Positions 1 through 8,488 of a DNA stretch of 24,000 bases are shown in pieces; positions within the stretch are counted from its first letter, which is position 1; each line of letters opens with the position of its first letter. The stretch is taken from NCBI RefSeq assembly GCF_016909185.1, contig NZ_JAFBFH010000030.1, positions 13,349 through 37,348 of the forward strand, given 5' to 3'. Under the pieces are notes generated by a model. The model had not been told where the DNA came from. It saw only the letters and a program-made list of their open reading frames with translations, and did no database searches. The translations under genes and the position numbers were made by a program. The DNA comes from Siminovitchia thermophila (GTDB lineage Bacteria; Bacillota; Bacilli; Bacillales; Bacillaceae_C).

Positions 1-165
1 GTGTCACCAATAATGAATTGCATCACAATCAAAGCCGCGCAAACACAAATAAGGCGTTCCCCCTGAAGAAAACACCTTTCGTTCATTCAAATGGCGAGCC
101 GTCAGACAACCGCCATTCCTTTCGTGTTCAATTTTTCTGAGAATCTCTTGGTCGCATGATCATTC

Positions 166-876
166 TCACTGTGACAATAATCGCAAGCGATAACAATTTC
201 CGGCTGTCTCACCCAAGCGGTCGAGCAGTTGGTAATTCGCATATGCCCCAAAAGCCGCACCCAATCCGGGAATGAGCTGCAACATTTTAACCAGGTCTAT
301 ATAATCTCGGTATTCTTGTTGCAGTTTACGCCAATCCATATCAACGAGCCTTTCTTTTTCCTCTTCCCAATTCTCAATCGTATTCATTGTTTCTCTTCTG
401 GTTTCGTCACTTGAGAAAGCAAGTTGAAATATATGCAAAATAAACAGCCGTTCACTATATTCCTTCGTATCAAAACCGTAAATATGGGCCGCTTCAAACA
501 AAAACTTCATTTCAATAGAGAGCAGCAAAGGAAAATCGGCCAAACCGAGCAAGATTCCCCCTGCGCCAGTTCCCGCTCCTTCAGCAACTGCCGTTTTACG
601 GTAAATTGACAGCTTTTCTTCCAGCAGTTGATCCCGTTGAAAAAGGCTTAACTGATCTTTTGGTTTTGATGTTGTCAATATATCTGATCCAAAAATCGTT
701 GCTTTCACCATATTTTTGATACTTTCTGAAATCACCTGGTGGGCTTTTTCAGGAATCAAATCATTCATCTTTGTTTGCGCTTGCTTCGATAAACGCTGTA
801 AAAGGCTCGATTTTTTGTACATGTTCCTTTTCCATGCTTGAACGTCTTCATATACTTTTTTCTCATATTCGTTCAT
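166..876 (-). CDS. EcsC family protein
   Basis: The 239-aa ORF has the EcsC-type layout: a charged N-terminal half, a glycine-rich GAGTGAGGILLGLADFPLLL segment, and a conserved C-terminal half. I prefer the ATG at 876 (MNEYEKK...) because AGGGTGGGA lies just upstream of it. The track start at 885 (GTG) sits inside that SD. Confidence 0.8.
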   Translation of the reverse strand: MNEYEKKVYEDVQAWKRNMYKKSSLLQRLSKQAQTKMNDLIPEKAHQVISESIKNMVKATIFGSDILTTSKPKDQLSLFQRDQLLEEKLSIYRKTAVAEGAGTGAGGILLGLADFPLLLSIEMKFLFEAAHIYGFDTKEYSERLFILHIFQLAFSSDETRRETMNTIENWEEEKERLVDMDWRKLQQEYRDYIDLVKMLQLIPGLGAAFGAYANYQLLDRLGETAGNCYRLRLLSQ

Positions 877-1288
877 GATTCCCACCCTAAAACTTTATTT
901 GCTTATTTTATACGTATTGAGAAGTCATTTAGTTTCATTGTAATTGGATCAAATATAGCGCAATATCTTTTACAAACTTCAAGCCGTCTTCCATCATATC
1001 GTAAAAGCGTTTTCTTGTTTTATTTCCTCGAGCTCATGTCCCTTGCGTCTAAAAAGACCACATGTTCGAAAGTCCGACCGCTGTCAACTTTCTTGTCTTG
1101 TCATGAGCGTGGATTGGCAAATTGCTAAAACGGCGATGTATCCGAACATGCGATGACATGCCGCCAAGTTTTTTGTCTGGTGCCACCTCCGCGCGAGTGT
1201 TTTTTCGAAACATTTCCGGAAATGGCAACTTTGTGTTTAGGATCACATGCTCACTACTCGTTAACTTTGGAACTCACAAACACTAAGC

Positions 1289-1315
1289 CTAAAAAAAGAT
1301 CGCCAAAGCGATCTT
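1289..1315 (-). terminator. rho-independent terminator of the sbcDC / small membrane protein operon
   Basis: On the minus strand: AAGATCGC-tttg-GCGATCTT followed by TTTTTTA, directly after the stop at 1323. Confidence 0.75.
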
Positions 1316-1322
1316 CCCCCAT

Positions 1323-1514
1323 TTATTCTTTGTCTTTTTCTCTCCATTTTTTTGCGAATTTCACATTTACGATGCAAGACCCAATAAAAATCAACACTAA
1401 ACATATGCCAATCAGCGGATAACCCAACTTAAACGCGAAAAAAGAAAAGACAGCCAAACTGATGGCTATAAACCAATTAAATGTCAATGTTGCGATAAAA
1501 AAAGTCTTTTCCAA
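1323..1514 (-). CDS. small hydrophobic membrane protein (about two TM helices), hypothetical
   Basis: The 63-aa ORF is almost entirely hydrophobic with a KKWREKDKE tail. It has a TTG start 17 nt after the sbcC stop, preceded by GGTGAGGTGG, and is followed by a strong terminator. No family was recognised. Confidence 0.5.
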   Translation of the reverse strand: MEKTFFIATLTFNWFIAISLAVFSFFAFKLGYPLIGICLVLIFIGSCIVNVKFAKKWREKDKE

Positions 1515-1530
1515 ACCACCTCACCACCCT

Positions 1531-4500
1531 TTACGAAAAAACAAATTCGGTGCTGCTGCCACTTTGTCCTGCCAATACTTCCAAACGGGCGTCAATTCTT
1601 TCTTTTAATTCCGGAACATGGGAAATGATGCCGACCAGCCTGCCGCTGCTTTGGATATCCATTAATGCTTCTATCGCTTGGTCTAGCGATTCAGAATCAA
1701 GCGTCCCGAAACCTTCATCAATAAACATCGTTTCGAGTGATACACCTCCGGCATGCCGCTGAACGATGTCAGCCATCCCCAGAGCAAGTGACAATGCCGC
1801 TTTAAAACTCTCGCCGCCCGATAATGTTTTGACATGGCGTTCCTGTCCGGTATATTCATCAAATATGAGCAATTCCAAACCGCTTTGAATGTTGCCTTTC
1901 GATTTGTCTTTTTTTCTTAAAAGCCGATAACGTCCGCTTGTCATTTTCGTCAGGCGATTATTGGCCGACACTAAAATTTCATCAAGGAAGGAAGCCAAAA
2001 CATATCGTTCAAACGTTAGTTTGTACGCATTTTGTCCTCTCGCAATATCAGCCAGATGACCGATCAACTCATATTCGTCCTCCAGTGACTTGATATGCGC
2101 ATCCATTTGCAGAATGGCTGTTTTGATCTCTTTATTTTTCTTTATGTTCATAACTAAGCCGGTTTGCCGCTCATTCATTCCTTCAAGAGTCCGCTCCAGT
2201 TCCCGGCACTCTTCTTCAAACTGTTTTAAATCGGGCTTTTTAACGTCTTTTAGGCGATGTTCATATTCTTTTAATCGATCTGTTACCGATCGGACATCTT
2301 CACCATAAGTTTGTATTTCTTTTTCCAGCTTCTCTACCATGTCAGGCTCTCTTTTTGCCTGTTCATAGTGGCGATAGCTGGAAAAGCCTTCATGTTCAAG
2401 TTGTTTTAAAAACGCTTCGCGCTCCACATGCAGCTTTTCTTTTTGCTCATTGATCGTTTCCTGCAAGTTTTTAAGGACTCCCGATAGCGCCGCAAGCTGT
2501 TGGTCGAAATGGCGGAAATCTTCGTCGGCTTTTTTCCGGGCCAATTCCATGGCGTTCAATTCTCTCTTGAGAAGCGCCACCTTTTCGTTAAACTTTTCTA
2601 TTGTCGATAATTCTTCCGGAATGTTTTTAGTGAGTGCGCGCATATGGGCTGACAGCTCCGCAAGCTCGTTTGCTTCCTTCCGCTCCCGATCCATCAAGCT
2701 TTCCAATTCTTCATGAAGCTTTCGGCATGCAGCTTCTTTTTCTTTGAACTGCCCTTCGGTTGCGGGAAGTTTGCTAATGGCTGCCTTATGTTTGGCAATC
2801 ACTTTTGCCATCTCTTCCAGCCTTTCCTTTACTCTCTTGAGCTCGCTATCCATACGGTCTTGCTCAAAGTTCGGAAATAGCCTTTTCACTTCTTCCGTAA
2901 GTTTTTCTATGCTTTGTTCCGATAAATGAATCGACGTCTTAAGCTCAATCTTGCTTCTTTCCAATTCTTGGTATTCTTTCTCGAGGGTTTGAACGTCGCT
3001 TTTAGCGGCACGAATATCATCCTCGTTATGCATGCTGCCTAACATTTGTGCCGGGTGTGGATGTTCGGGAGAACCGCAAACCGGACAGGGGCGCCCATCA
3101 ACAAGATGCTTTGCCAACAAAGCGGCCTGTCCGGACTGCCATTGCTTTTCAACATGTTCTAATGTCGTTCGTGCGTCATCCAATTTTTTGCTAGCTATCT
3201 TCCATTCAGAGGATTTCAGCTGAAAATGCCGCTGCAAATCATTTTTTTCTTGCCTGGCCCTCATCAATTCACACAATGTTTCGTACGTGTTTTTCAAACG
3301 GACTTGTTCCAGTTCCAATTGAACCGTTTCAGTTTGAAGCCGGCCAAATTCTTGCATTTCCTTCTGTAAAAAAGCAATCTCTTTTTCCAATGACTGATTC
3401 GTTTTTTTATGATTGTCTATTTGTGCACGGGTATCTTTTACCTGATTTTCCAAGAGGAGAAGGTGATTTTTTTGTTTTTCATAAGAATATACGTCTTCTT
3501 GAATGGCATTCAATCGGGCCAGTTCGACTTTTATCCACTCTCGCCTTTCCTCGTTTTCTTCTTCTTTTTCAAGCCGCTTTTTAGCTTCGGATTTTTGCTT
3601 TTTAGTGGCTTCCATGTTTGCTTCCAATTGTTTTAATTTGTTTTCACGCTCTTTTAAGTCTTGATGGAGGCGACGGCATATGGCTTCTTGATGCTCCAGG
3701 TTGTTGGCTTTATGCGCCATTTTTATTTCCTTTTTTTTGGCTTCTATCACTGGCTGGATGTGGTCCAGTTCTGCTTTTTTCCTTGTTAGTGTTTGAAAAG
3801 CTGCGATTTCCTTAAGCAAGTTTTCAGCTTCGTGTACTTTTCTTTTTGCTTCATCTCTTTCACGTTGTTTCTGTTCTATTTTTTGAGCAAGGCTTAATGT
3901 TTCTTCTTCCATTTGTTTTGTTACTTGATCCAACAAAGGGAGAACCGTGTTTTTATTAGGTATCTTTTCGGAAATGGCCGTCTCCAATTCTTCATTCCCG
4001 TATGTATAAGCGCCTTTGATCGTTTGGCTTCTTAACTCTATTCCGGATAGTACTTCGTTTTTCAAGTCATTTGCTTTATCTTTTAGACTTTCTTCAACCT
4101 TTTTATACATTTCTGTATGAAACAATCGTTGAAGAATGACTTCCTTTTCCTTGCTGTTGGAAGTTAAGAACTTGCGAAAATCTCCTTGCGGGATCATCAA
4201 TATTTTCCTGAATTGATTGGCGTCCAGTTGAATAATTTCCTTTATTTTTTCTTCGGTATCACGAACATTGGCGGCCAAGAGCTTTTTTGATCCTGATTCA
4301 TCAAATATGTACAGTTCTGCCCTGGCGTTTATAACGGTATACCCGTCACCCCTCGTTTTCTTTTTTAGTTGCTGGGGAGAGCGCCAAATATAGTACGTTT
4401 GATTTCTGAGAGAAAATTCAAGAGCAACTTCCGTTGGCACATGATCCTTGGCAAAATGGCTGCGAAGATCCATTCCGTCCCGGTCTTCACCGCTTGCTTT

Positions 4501-4662
4501 TCCGTAAATGGCAAAGCTGATTCCGTCAAAAATGGACGTTTTTCCCGCACCGGTTTTCCCGGAAATGACAAACATTGTCCTGCTTTCCAATTGGGAAAAA
4601 TCGATGATCTCCGTATCTGCATACGGTCCGAACGCCTGCATCATTAACTTTAGTGGCCTCAT
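1531..4662 (-). CDS. sbcC: SbcC / Rad50-like ATPase subunit of the SbcCD nuclease
   Basis: 1043 aa. It has an N-terminal Walker A (GKTGAGKTS), a very long coiled coil, and a central zinc-hook CPVCGS motif. The C terminus carries the signature LSGGE and Walker B (FIDEGFG). The start overlaps the sbcD stop (ATGA, 4659-4662). Confidence 0.92.
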   Translation of the reverse strand: MRPLKLMMQAFGPYADTEIIDFSQLESRTMFVISGKTGAGKTSIFDGISFAIYGKASGEDRDGMDLRSHFAKDHVPTEVALEFSLRNQTYYIWRSPQQLKKKTRGDGYTVINARAELYIFDESGSKKLLAANVRDTEEKIKEIIQLDANQFRKILMIPQGDFRKFLTSNSKEKEVILQRLFHTEMYKKVEESLKDKANDLKNEVLSGIELRSQTIKGAYTYGNEELETAISEKIPNKNTVLPLLDQVTKQMEEETLSLAQKIEQKQRERDEAKRKVHEAENLLKEIAAFQTLTRKKAELDHIQPVIEAKKKEIKMAHKANNLEHQEAICRRLHQDLKERENKLKQLEANMEATKKQKSEAKKRLEKEEENEERREWIKVELARLNAIQEDVYSYEKQKNHLLLLENQVKDTRAQIDNHKKTNQSLEKEIAFLQKEMQEFGRLQTETVQLELEQVRLKNTYETLCELMRARQEKNDLQRHFQLKSSEWKIASKKLDDARTTLEHVEKQWQSGQAALLAKHLVDGRPCPVCGSPEHPHPAQMLGSMHNEDDIRAAKSDVQTLEKEYQELERSKIELKTSIHLSEQSIEKLTEEVKRLFPNFEQDRMDSELKRVKERLEEMAKVIAKHKAAISKLPATEGQFKEKEAACRKLHEELESLMDRERKEANELAELSAHMRALTKNIPEELSTIEKFNEKVALLKRELNAMELARKKADEDFRHFDQQLAALSGVLKNLQETINEQKEKLHVEREAFLKQLEHEGFSSYRHYEQAKREPDMVEKLEKEIQTYGEDVRSVTDRLKEYEHRLKDVKKPDLKQFEEECRELERTLEGMNERQTGLVMNIKKNKEIKTAILQMDAHIKSLEDEYELIGHLADIARGQNAYKLTFERYVLASFLDEILVSANNRLTKMTSGRYRLLRKKDKSKGNIQSGLELLIFDEYTGQERHVKTLSGGESFKAALSLALGMADIVQRHAGGVSLETMFIDEGFGTLDSESLDQAIEALMDIQSSGRLVGIISHVPELKERIDARLEVLAGQSGSSTEFVFS

Positions 4663-5804
4663 GCATATATTTCCTCCTTTAGCACACTTTCCAATACTTT
4701 CTCCATTCGTTCTCTTTTCTGCTCTGTGAACTCTCTCGTTGTCATTTCACTGTAAAACTCCGAAAAAAGCTCCAAGTTTGTTTTCTTTTCATGTGGCTGC
4801 TGGCTCGACAAATGTTGCCTTTTCATATCAACCACCTCAATGTTTCTCTCCAAATGCAACACATTTGGGTAAACCGACCGCAACTTATTCATGGGATCCA
4901 GGATCGCTCCTTCATCCAACAGCGTAATTTTTAAATAATCATCTGTCTTTTGGGAATTGTAAAAGCTTGGGTCTAGCAATTCGTCTATAAATCCGGTTAG
5001 CTCGCGCATGTCCTTTTCAGGCGTCAGTGTTTTCTCTTCAATAGAAAACTCCCCGTTCGACCGTAATTGTATAATAGAAACACTTTTTCTCTGGTTTACC
5101 TCTGAAAAAGAATACTTCAATAGCGAACCCGAATAGCGGATTGATTCATGTTTAATGGCGTCGGGACTATGCAAGTGCCCCAGTGCCGTATATGTAAAAG
5201 GGCTAAAGCAATCCACATCTACACAACCGGAACCTCCGACAGATAATATCCGTTCTGAGTCAGTTGTTTTGCCTCCTGTCACGAAAGCATGGCCGACGCA
5301 AATAGCAATGGATTCCTGATCCATATTTTTCTCTATTTCTCCGGAAATGCGCATGGCGGCATCTTGAAATGATTGAATGCTATCATCTTGAAACAGGTCC
5401 CGGACAATGCCCGGTTCAGCATAAGGAACGAGATAAAAATGGACGCCGTTTATATCGACTGGCTGAAAGCAATGATCAAGGCGCCCCTGTATGTAAAATT
5501 GACTATGCCGATACCAGGAAGAGCCGAAAGCCAGCCGATCGGGACTGTCGTGATTGCCTGCTATCGCCAATACTGGAGTGTTAAGTTCAACATTTATCTT
5601 GAATAAAACCTCTTCCAGCAGTTTCACTGCTTCTACCGGGGGTACAGAGCGATCATATAAATCACCTGATATAATGACCGCATCCGGTTTTTCCGCGGCC
5701 ACAAGGTTGATAAATTGATCTAACACGATCCGCTGCTGTTCCGTCATATATACCCCATGTACGAGCTTCCCCAAATGCCAATCAGCTGTATGAATGATTT
5801 TCAC
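4659..5804 (-). CDS. sbcD: SbcD / Mre11-like nuclease subunit of SbcCD
   Basis: 381 aa with calcineurin-like phosphoesterase motifs (HTADWHLG, GDLYD, GNHD, GHLH). GTG start with AAGGTGA upstream. An extended -10 (TGcTATAAT) lies about 40 nt upstream on the minus strand. Confidence 0.92.
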   Translation of the reverse strand: MKIIHTADWHLGKLVHGVYMTEQQRIVLDQFINLVAAEKPDAVIISGDLYDRSVPPVEAVKLLEEVLFKINVELNTPVLAIAGNHDSPDRLAFGSSWYRHSQFYIQGRLDHCFQPVDINGVHFYLVPYAEPGIVRDLFQDDSIQSFQDAAMRISGEIEKNMDQESIAICVGHAFVTGGKTTDSERILSVGGSGCVDVDCFSPFTYTALGHLHSPDAIKHESIRYSGSLLKYSFSEVNQRKSVSIIQLRSNGEFSIEEKTLTPEKDMRELTGFIDELLDPSFYNSQKTDDYLKITLLDEGAILDPMNKLRSVYPNVLHLERNIEVVDMKRQHLSSQQPHEKKTNLELFSEFYSEMTTREFTEQKRERMEKVLESVLKEEIYA

Positions 5805-6017
5805 CTGATCACCTTGTTTCCTATTTTTGATTATCTATTATTATAGCAAATCGTCCACTCGCCGGTTCTGAAAGAATGAGATTTCATCAGAATAAAGCCA
5901 TCTGATCGGGAAGTTTTGTCATCGAATCGACAACAGCAAAAATACTTGGTGACAAGCTTTATTTTAAATTCCTCATTATATTTAGCCATAAAAACACCCC
6001 CGAAAATGAAACTTTGT

Positions 6018-6444
6018 GGAATCTACAGACACCACAATTTTGTTAACGCGAGCAAAAAGTCATAACGCTAAAAGCGTGCTTGACGGAATGAAAGACCCAA
6101 GCATATACAACCGCGCTAGCAGTAGCAACACGGCAGTGTACAGCAAGATAGAAGAACACGAGTGCCGGAAATCCAACTTCACTGCTAAATGGCAGAACTA
6201 CTGTAACCAGCTCAGTCTTCAAGGTATTGATTTGTTTAACGAGAAGGTTCCTTTTCGTAAATGCCCTCGCTATCCAGAAAACACTGGCTTTGCTCCTTAT
6301 GTCCATTGTCATTTTCCGACCGGCTCATTCGGAATGTGAGAACGAGCCTGCCCGCTTTTTCGCCATCAGAAACATCTTGTTTCCTCTCCCCTTTTCATCA
6401 TGAACTGTCTAATATCGCAGTGCTCGGTTCATTCCATCACTAAC
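6018..6444. repeat. long copy (A) of an unclassified repeated element, either MITE-like or a structured RNA
   Basis: The 5' module 6018-6138 aligns by hand with 8489-8600. The 66-nt core 6052-6117 differs from 8523-8589 at about 5 positions. The 3' module 6385-6444 aligns with 8627-8696. The ends are imperfect inverted repeats: TGGAATCTACAGACACCAC at 6017-6035 versus the reverse complement of 6420-6440. A conserved hairpin ACGCT-AAA-AGCGT lies at 6065-6077. Confidence 0.6.
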
Positions 6445-6709
6445 AGCCCATGTTTCACAAAAAAACCAATCACGGTCTTATACCATATAACTCACCAGTA
6501 CCGGAATCACCGCAGCTGTTTGTGAACGTCTCGCACTTTTTGCTCCGCCTATCATGTAATCCACCCCGTGATTAAAAATTGGTTTTAGCCTGGAACATTT
6601 CAAAAAAGTTTACGGCTTATATACTGACGACGGATGAAAAAAGACACCTGAAAACCAAAGTCGAAAGGACAGATTATCACTATTCCTTCACATTCAACAA
6701 TGCAAGCGC

Positions 6710-6739
6710 TTGTCACCTTCTTTTTTAATTGGCTATAAT
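6710..6739 (+). promoter_or_regulatory. sigma-A-type promoter of the DUF2621-crcB operon
   Basis: TTGTCA (6710-6715), an 18-nt spacer, then TATAAT (6734-6739), about 40 nt upstream of the ATG at 6778. Confidence 0.55.
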
Positions 6740-6777
6740 GAATATAGTTTAGGCAAGTTTTTTCAGGGGGTTAAGAA

Positions 6778-7203
6778 ATGCTTGAAGGTTGGTTTTTAGT
6801 ATTTATCCTTTTTTGGGTAGTCGTTTTAATTGCGCTCTTTGCCATTGGAGGATTTTTTATGTTCCGCAAATTTTTAAAGCGCCTGCCAAAAGAAGACGGG
6901 AAATCGGATATGGATTGGGAAGAATATTATGTGGAAAAGACAAAGTCATTATGGACAGAAGAACAAAAAGCACTCCTGGATGAACTCGTGAGTCCTGTGC
7001 CTGAATTGTTCCGGGACGTCGCCCGCCACAAAATCGCTGGTAAAATAGGTGAGGTGGCCCTAAAAGAGAATGTCAAACGGTTAAATTTGGATATCATTAT
7101 AAAAGGCTATATTTTGGCAACGCCAAAGCGCGACCATAAATTTCTTCGTAAAAAAATGAATGAATTAAACATAGACATTACGCCATATGAACATTTTTTT
7201 TGA
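6778..7203 (+). CDS. DUF2621-family (YneK-like) membrane-anchored protein
   Basis: 141 aa with an N-terminal TM helix followed by FRKFLKRLPKEDG and a soluble domain. Size, architecture and genomic neighbourhood match my recollection of B. subtilis YneK, so the assignment rests on memory plus synteny. AGGGGG SD lies 8 nt upstream. Confidence 0.65.
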   Translation: MLEGWFLVFILFWVVVLIALFAIGGFFMFRKFLKRLPKEDGKSDMDWEEYYVEKTKSLWTEEQKALLDELVSPVPELFRDVARHKIAGKIGEVALKENVKRLNLDIIIKGYILATPKRDHKFLRKKMNELNIDITPYEHFF

Positions 7204-7256
7204 GGCTTCCAAACGTGATCGGGAGCCTTTCCTTCATATAAAAGCAGGTGAAACAT

Positions 7257-7640
7257 TTGAACTATATCGCAGTCGGAATCGGCGGAATGGCAGGAAGTGT
7301 CCTCCGGTATTTAATTGGTCTTTACACGATCGAATTATGGCATGGCGGGTTTCCTTATGGAACGTTCATTGTCAATGTGACGGGTGCCTTGATATTGGGT
7401 TTTTTGACTGGGTGGCAATACGGGAAAAAACTTCCCTCCTATATCGTTTCAGGACTCGGAACCGGATTCATCGGTTCCTTTACCACTTTTTCGGCTTTGA
7501 GCTTGGAAACTGTCCAACTTATTGACACCTCGCCACTGACTGCCTTGTTATATGTTGTATTAAGTAGTGTCATCGGCCTCTTCATGGCTTTCTTTGGGTT
7601 GTTGTTGGGAAAAAATAGTTCTCGAAAGGACACTGTCTAA
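7257..7640 (+). CDS. crcB: fluoride efflux channel CrcB (subunit 1)
   Basis: A small four-TM protein with CrcB hallmarks (IGGxxGSVLRY near the N terminus, GFxGSFTTFS in TM3). I prefer the TTG at 7257 because AGGTGA lies 6 nt upstream. The track start GVG at 7248 lies within that SD. Confidence 0.88.
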   Translation: MNYIAVGIGGMAGSVLRYLIGLYTIELWHGGFPYGTFIVNVTGALILGFLTGWQYGKKLPSYIVSGLGTGFIGSFTTFSALSLETVQLIDTSPLTALLYVVLSSVIGLFMAFFGLLLGKNSSRKDTV

Positions 7641-7999
7641 TGAAGCTCATATGGCTTATTGCAATAGGTGGATGTATCGGAGCTACAGCGAGGTTTTGTC
7701 TGGCAAACAAAGTGAAACCGATCAACGACTTTCCCCTTTCCACCCTGCTTGTGAATGTAATCGGTTCTTTCCTGCTTGGATTCTTTTCAGGTGCTGTGTT
7801 GAACTCGACAATTGCCCTTCTGGTTGGAACCGGCATTTTGGGTTCGTTTACAACTTTCTCCACCCTGAAAGTGGAGATCGTTTCATTGCTTGATCAAAAG
7901 AAATGGCGCACCGCCTTTTTTTATATGGCTGTCAGCTATATTGGCGGCATTGTGCTGGCATTTGGAGGATATGCACTGGGAGCGTTTTTTTCTTCCTAA
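7640..7999 (+). CDS. crcB: fluoride efflux channel CrcB (subunit 2)
   Basis: 119 aa with IGGCIGATARF and GILGSFTTFST motifs. The ATG overlaps the upstream TAA (TAATG), as is typical for heterodimeric crcB pairs in Firmicutes. Confidence 0.88.
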   Translation: MKLIWLIAIGGCIGATARFCLANKVKPINDFPLSTLLVNVIGSFLLGFFSGAVLNSTIALLVGTGILGSFTTFSTLKVEIVSLLDQKKWRTAFFYMAVSYIGGIVLAFGGYALGAFFSS

Positions 8000-8083
8000 C
8001 TGTACAGGTAAACTTTTCTTGAATGTAATTGGCCAACCTCACAAATAATACATACAAATAGTGATAAGTAGGAGGGCATATCA

Positions 8084-8296
8084 TTGAGCGATTCTTTAAA
8101 GTTATCTGGCAGGCAATACAAGAAGGAAGATGAACATGGAAAAGACATTTTATCAAAAGGTCTTGCCATTACACATGAGCAAGTAAGTGATGTATATACA
8201 GAAGGTGTCATAGAAGGTGTTATTGAGAATGAGAACGGGGAAAACATAGCACTTGCCGATATTCAACAACAGGACAGGAGAAAAAAGCATGACTGA
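8084..8296 (+). CDS. small acidic hypothetical protein (70 aa)
   Basis: TTG start preceded by AGGAGGG 8 nt upstream. Contains an acidic repeat VYTEGVIEGVIENENGEN. No terminator separates it from crcB2. No family was confidently recognised. Confidence 0.55.
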   Translation: MSDSLKLSGRQYKKEDEHGKDILSKGLAITHEQVSDVYTEGVIEGVIENENGENIALADIQQQDRRKKHD

Positions 8297-8447
8297 CAAA
8301 CAGCAATATAAGAATGACATAAAACAATATCAGATGCCAAAAGCACTTCGCCGCAGTAAAAAGTCTGCCTACCGTGTCGGATATACTGCCAGTACAGGCA
8401 ATGACACCGGAGGAAAGGACGAGCCTGGAAAAAGAACGGATTTGTAA
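8289..8447 (+). CDS. small basic hypothetical protein (52 aa)
   Basis: ATG at 8289 with GGAG 8 nt upstream. It overlaps the stop of the previous ORF (ATGACTGA), suggesting translational coupling. The sequence is low-complexity and K/R/G/T-rich. Confidence 0.4.
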   Translation: MTDKQQYKNDIKQYQMPKALRRSKKSAYRVGYTASTGNDTGGKDEPGKRTDL

Positions 8448-8488
8448 GTGCCAGCCGGGCTTAAAAAGATGGAAAGAGTTGAATAGGG

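Noticed and set aside
1-165. A window-edge fragment. + frame 1 is open from 1 to 63 with a stop at 64-66, and a minus-strand ATG at 87 is also open to the edge.
   Set aside because: Both readings are too short, neither has an SD or a recognisable motif, and I cannot tell which one, if either, is the end of a real gene.
1177-1197. A T-box-like string, GGTGCCACCTCCGCGCGAG, which resembles GGGTGGTACCGCG.
   Set aside because: The order and spacing do not fit the T-box consensus. I saw no Stem I or specifier elements, and there is no amino-acid-related gene downstream on that strand.
1550-4729. Many 60-100 aa + strand ORFs inside sbcC and sbcD.
   Set aside because: They are antisense shadows of a long, well-supported CDS, with serine/leucine/phenylalanine-rich nonsense composition and no SDs.
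6016-6339. A 107-aa + strand ORF (plus an 89-aa antisense ORF) inside repeat copy A.
   Set aside because: It has no SD. The homologous stretch in copy B is split by a frameshift and the middle is absent. The two synonymous-looking substitutions are too few to argue for coding.
6445-7256. A fluoride (crcB-motif) riboswitch expected upstream of crcB.
   Set aside because: I saw no GGCGATGG...AAACGC...GCTAATGAC...CCTAC arrangement. The CATAACGCT...GCTTGAC string inside the repeats only superficially resembles part of the motif and lacks the 5' pseudoknot half.
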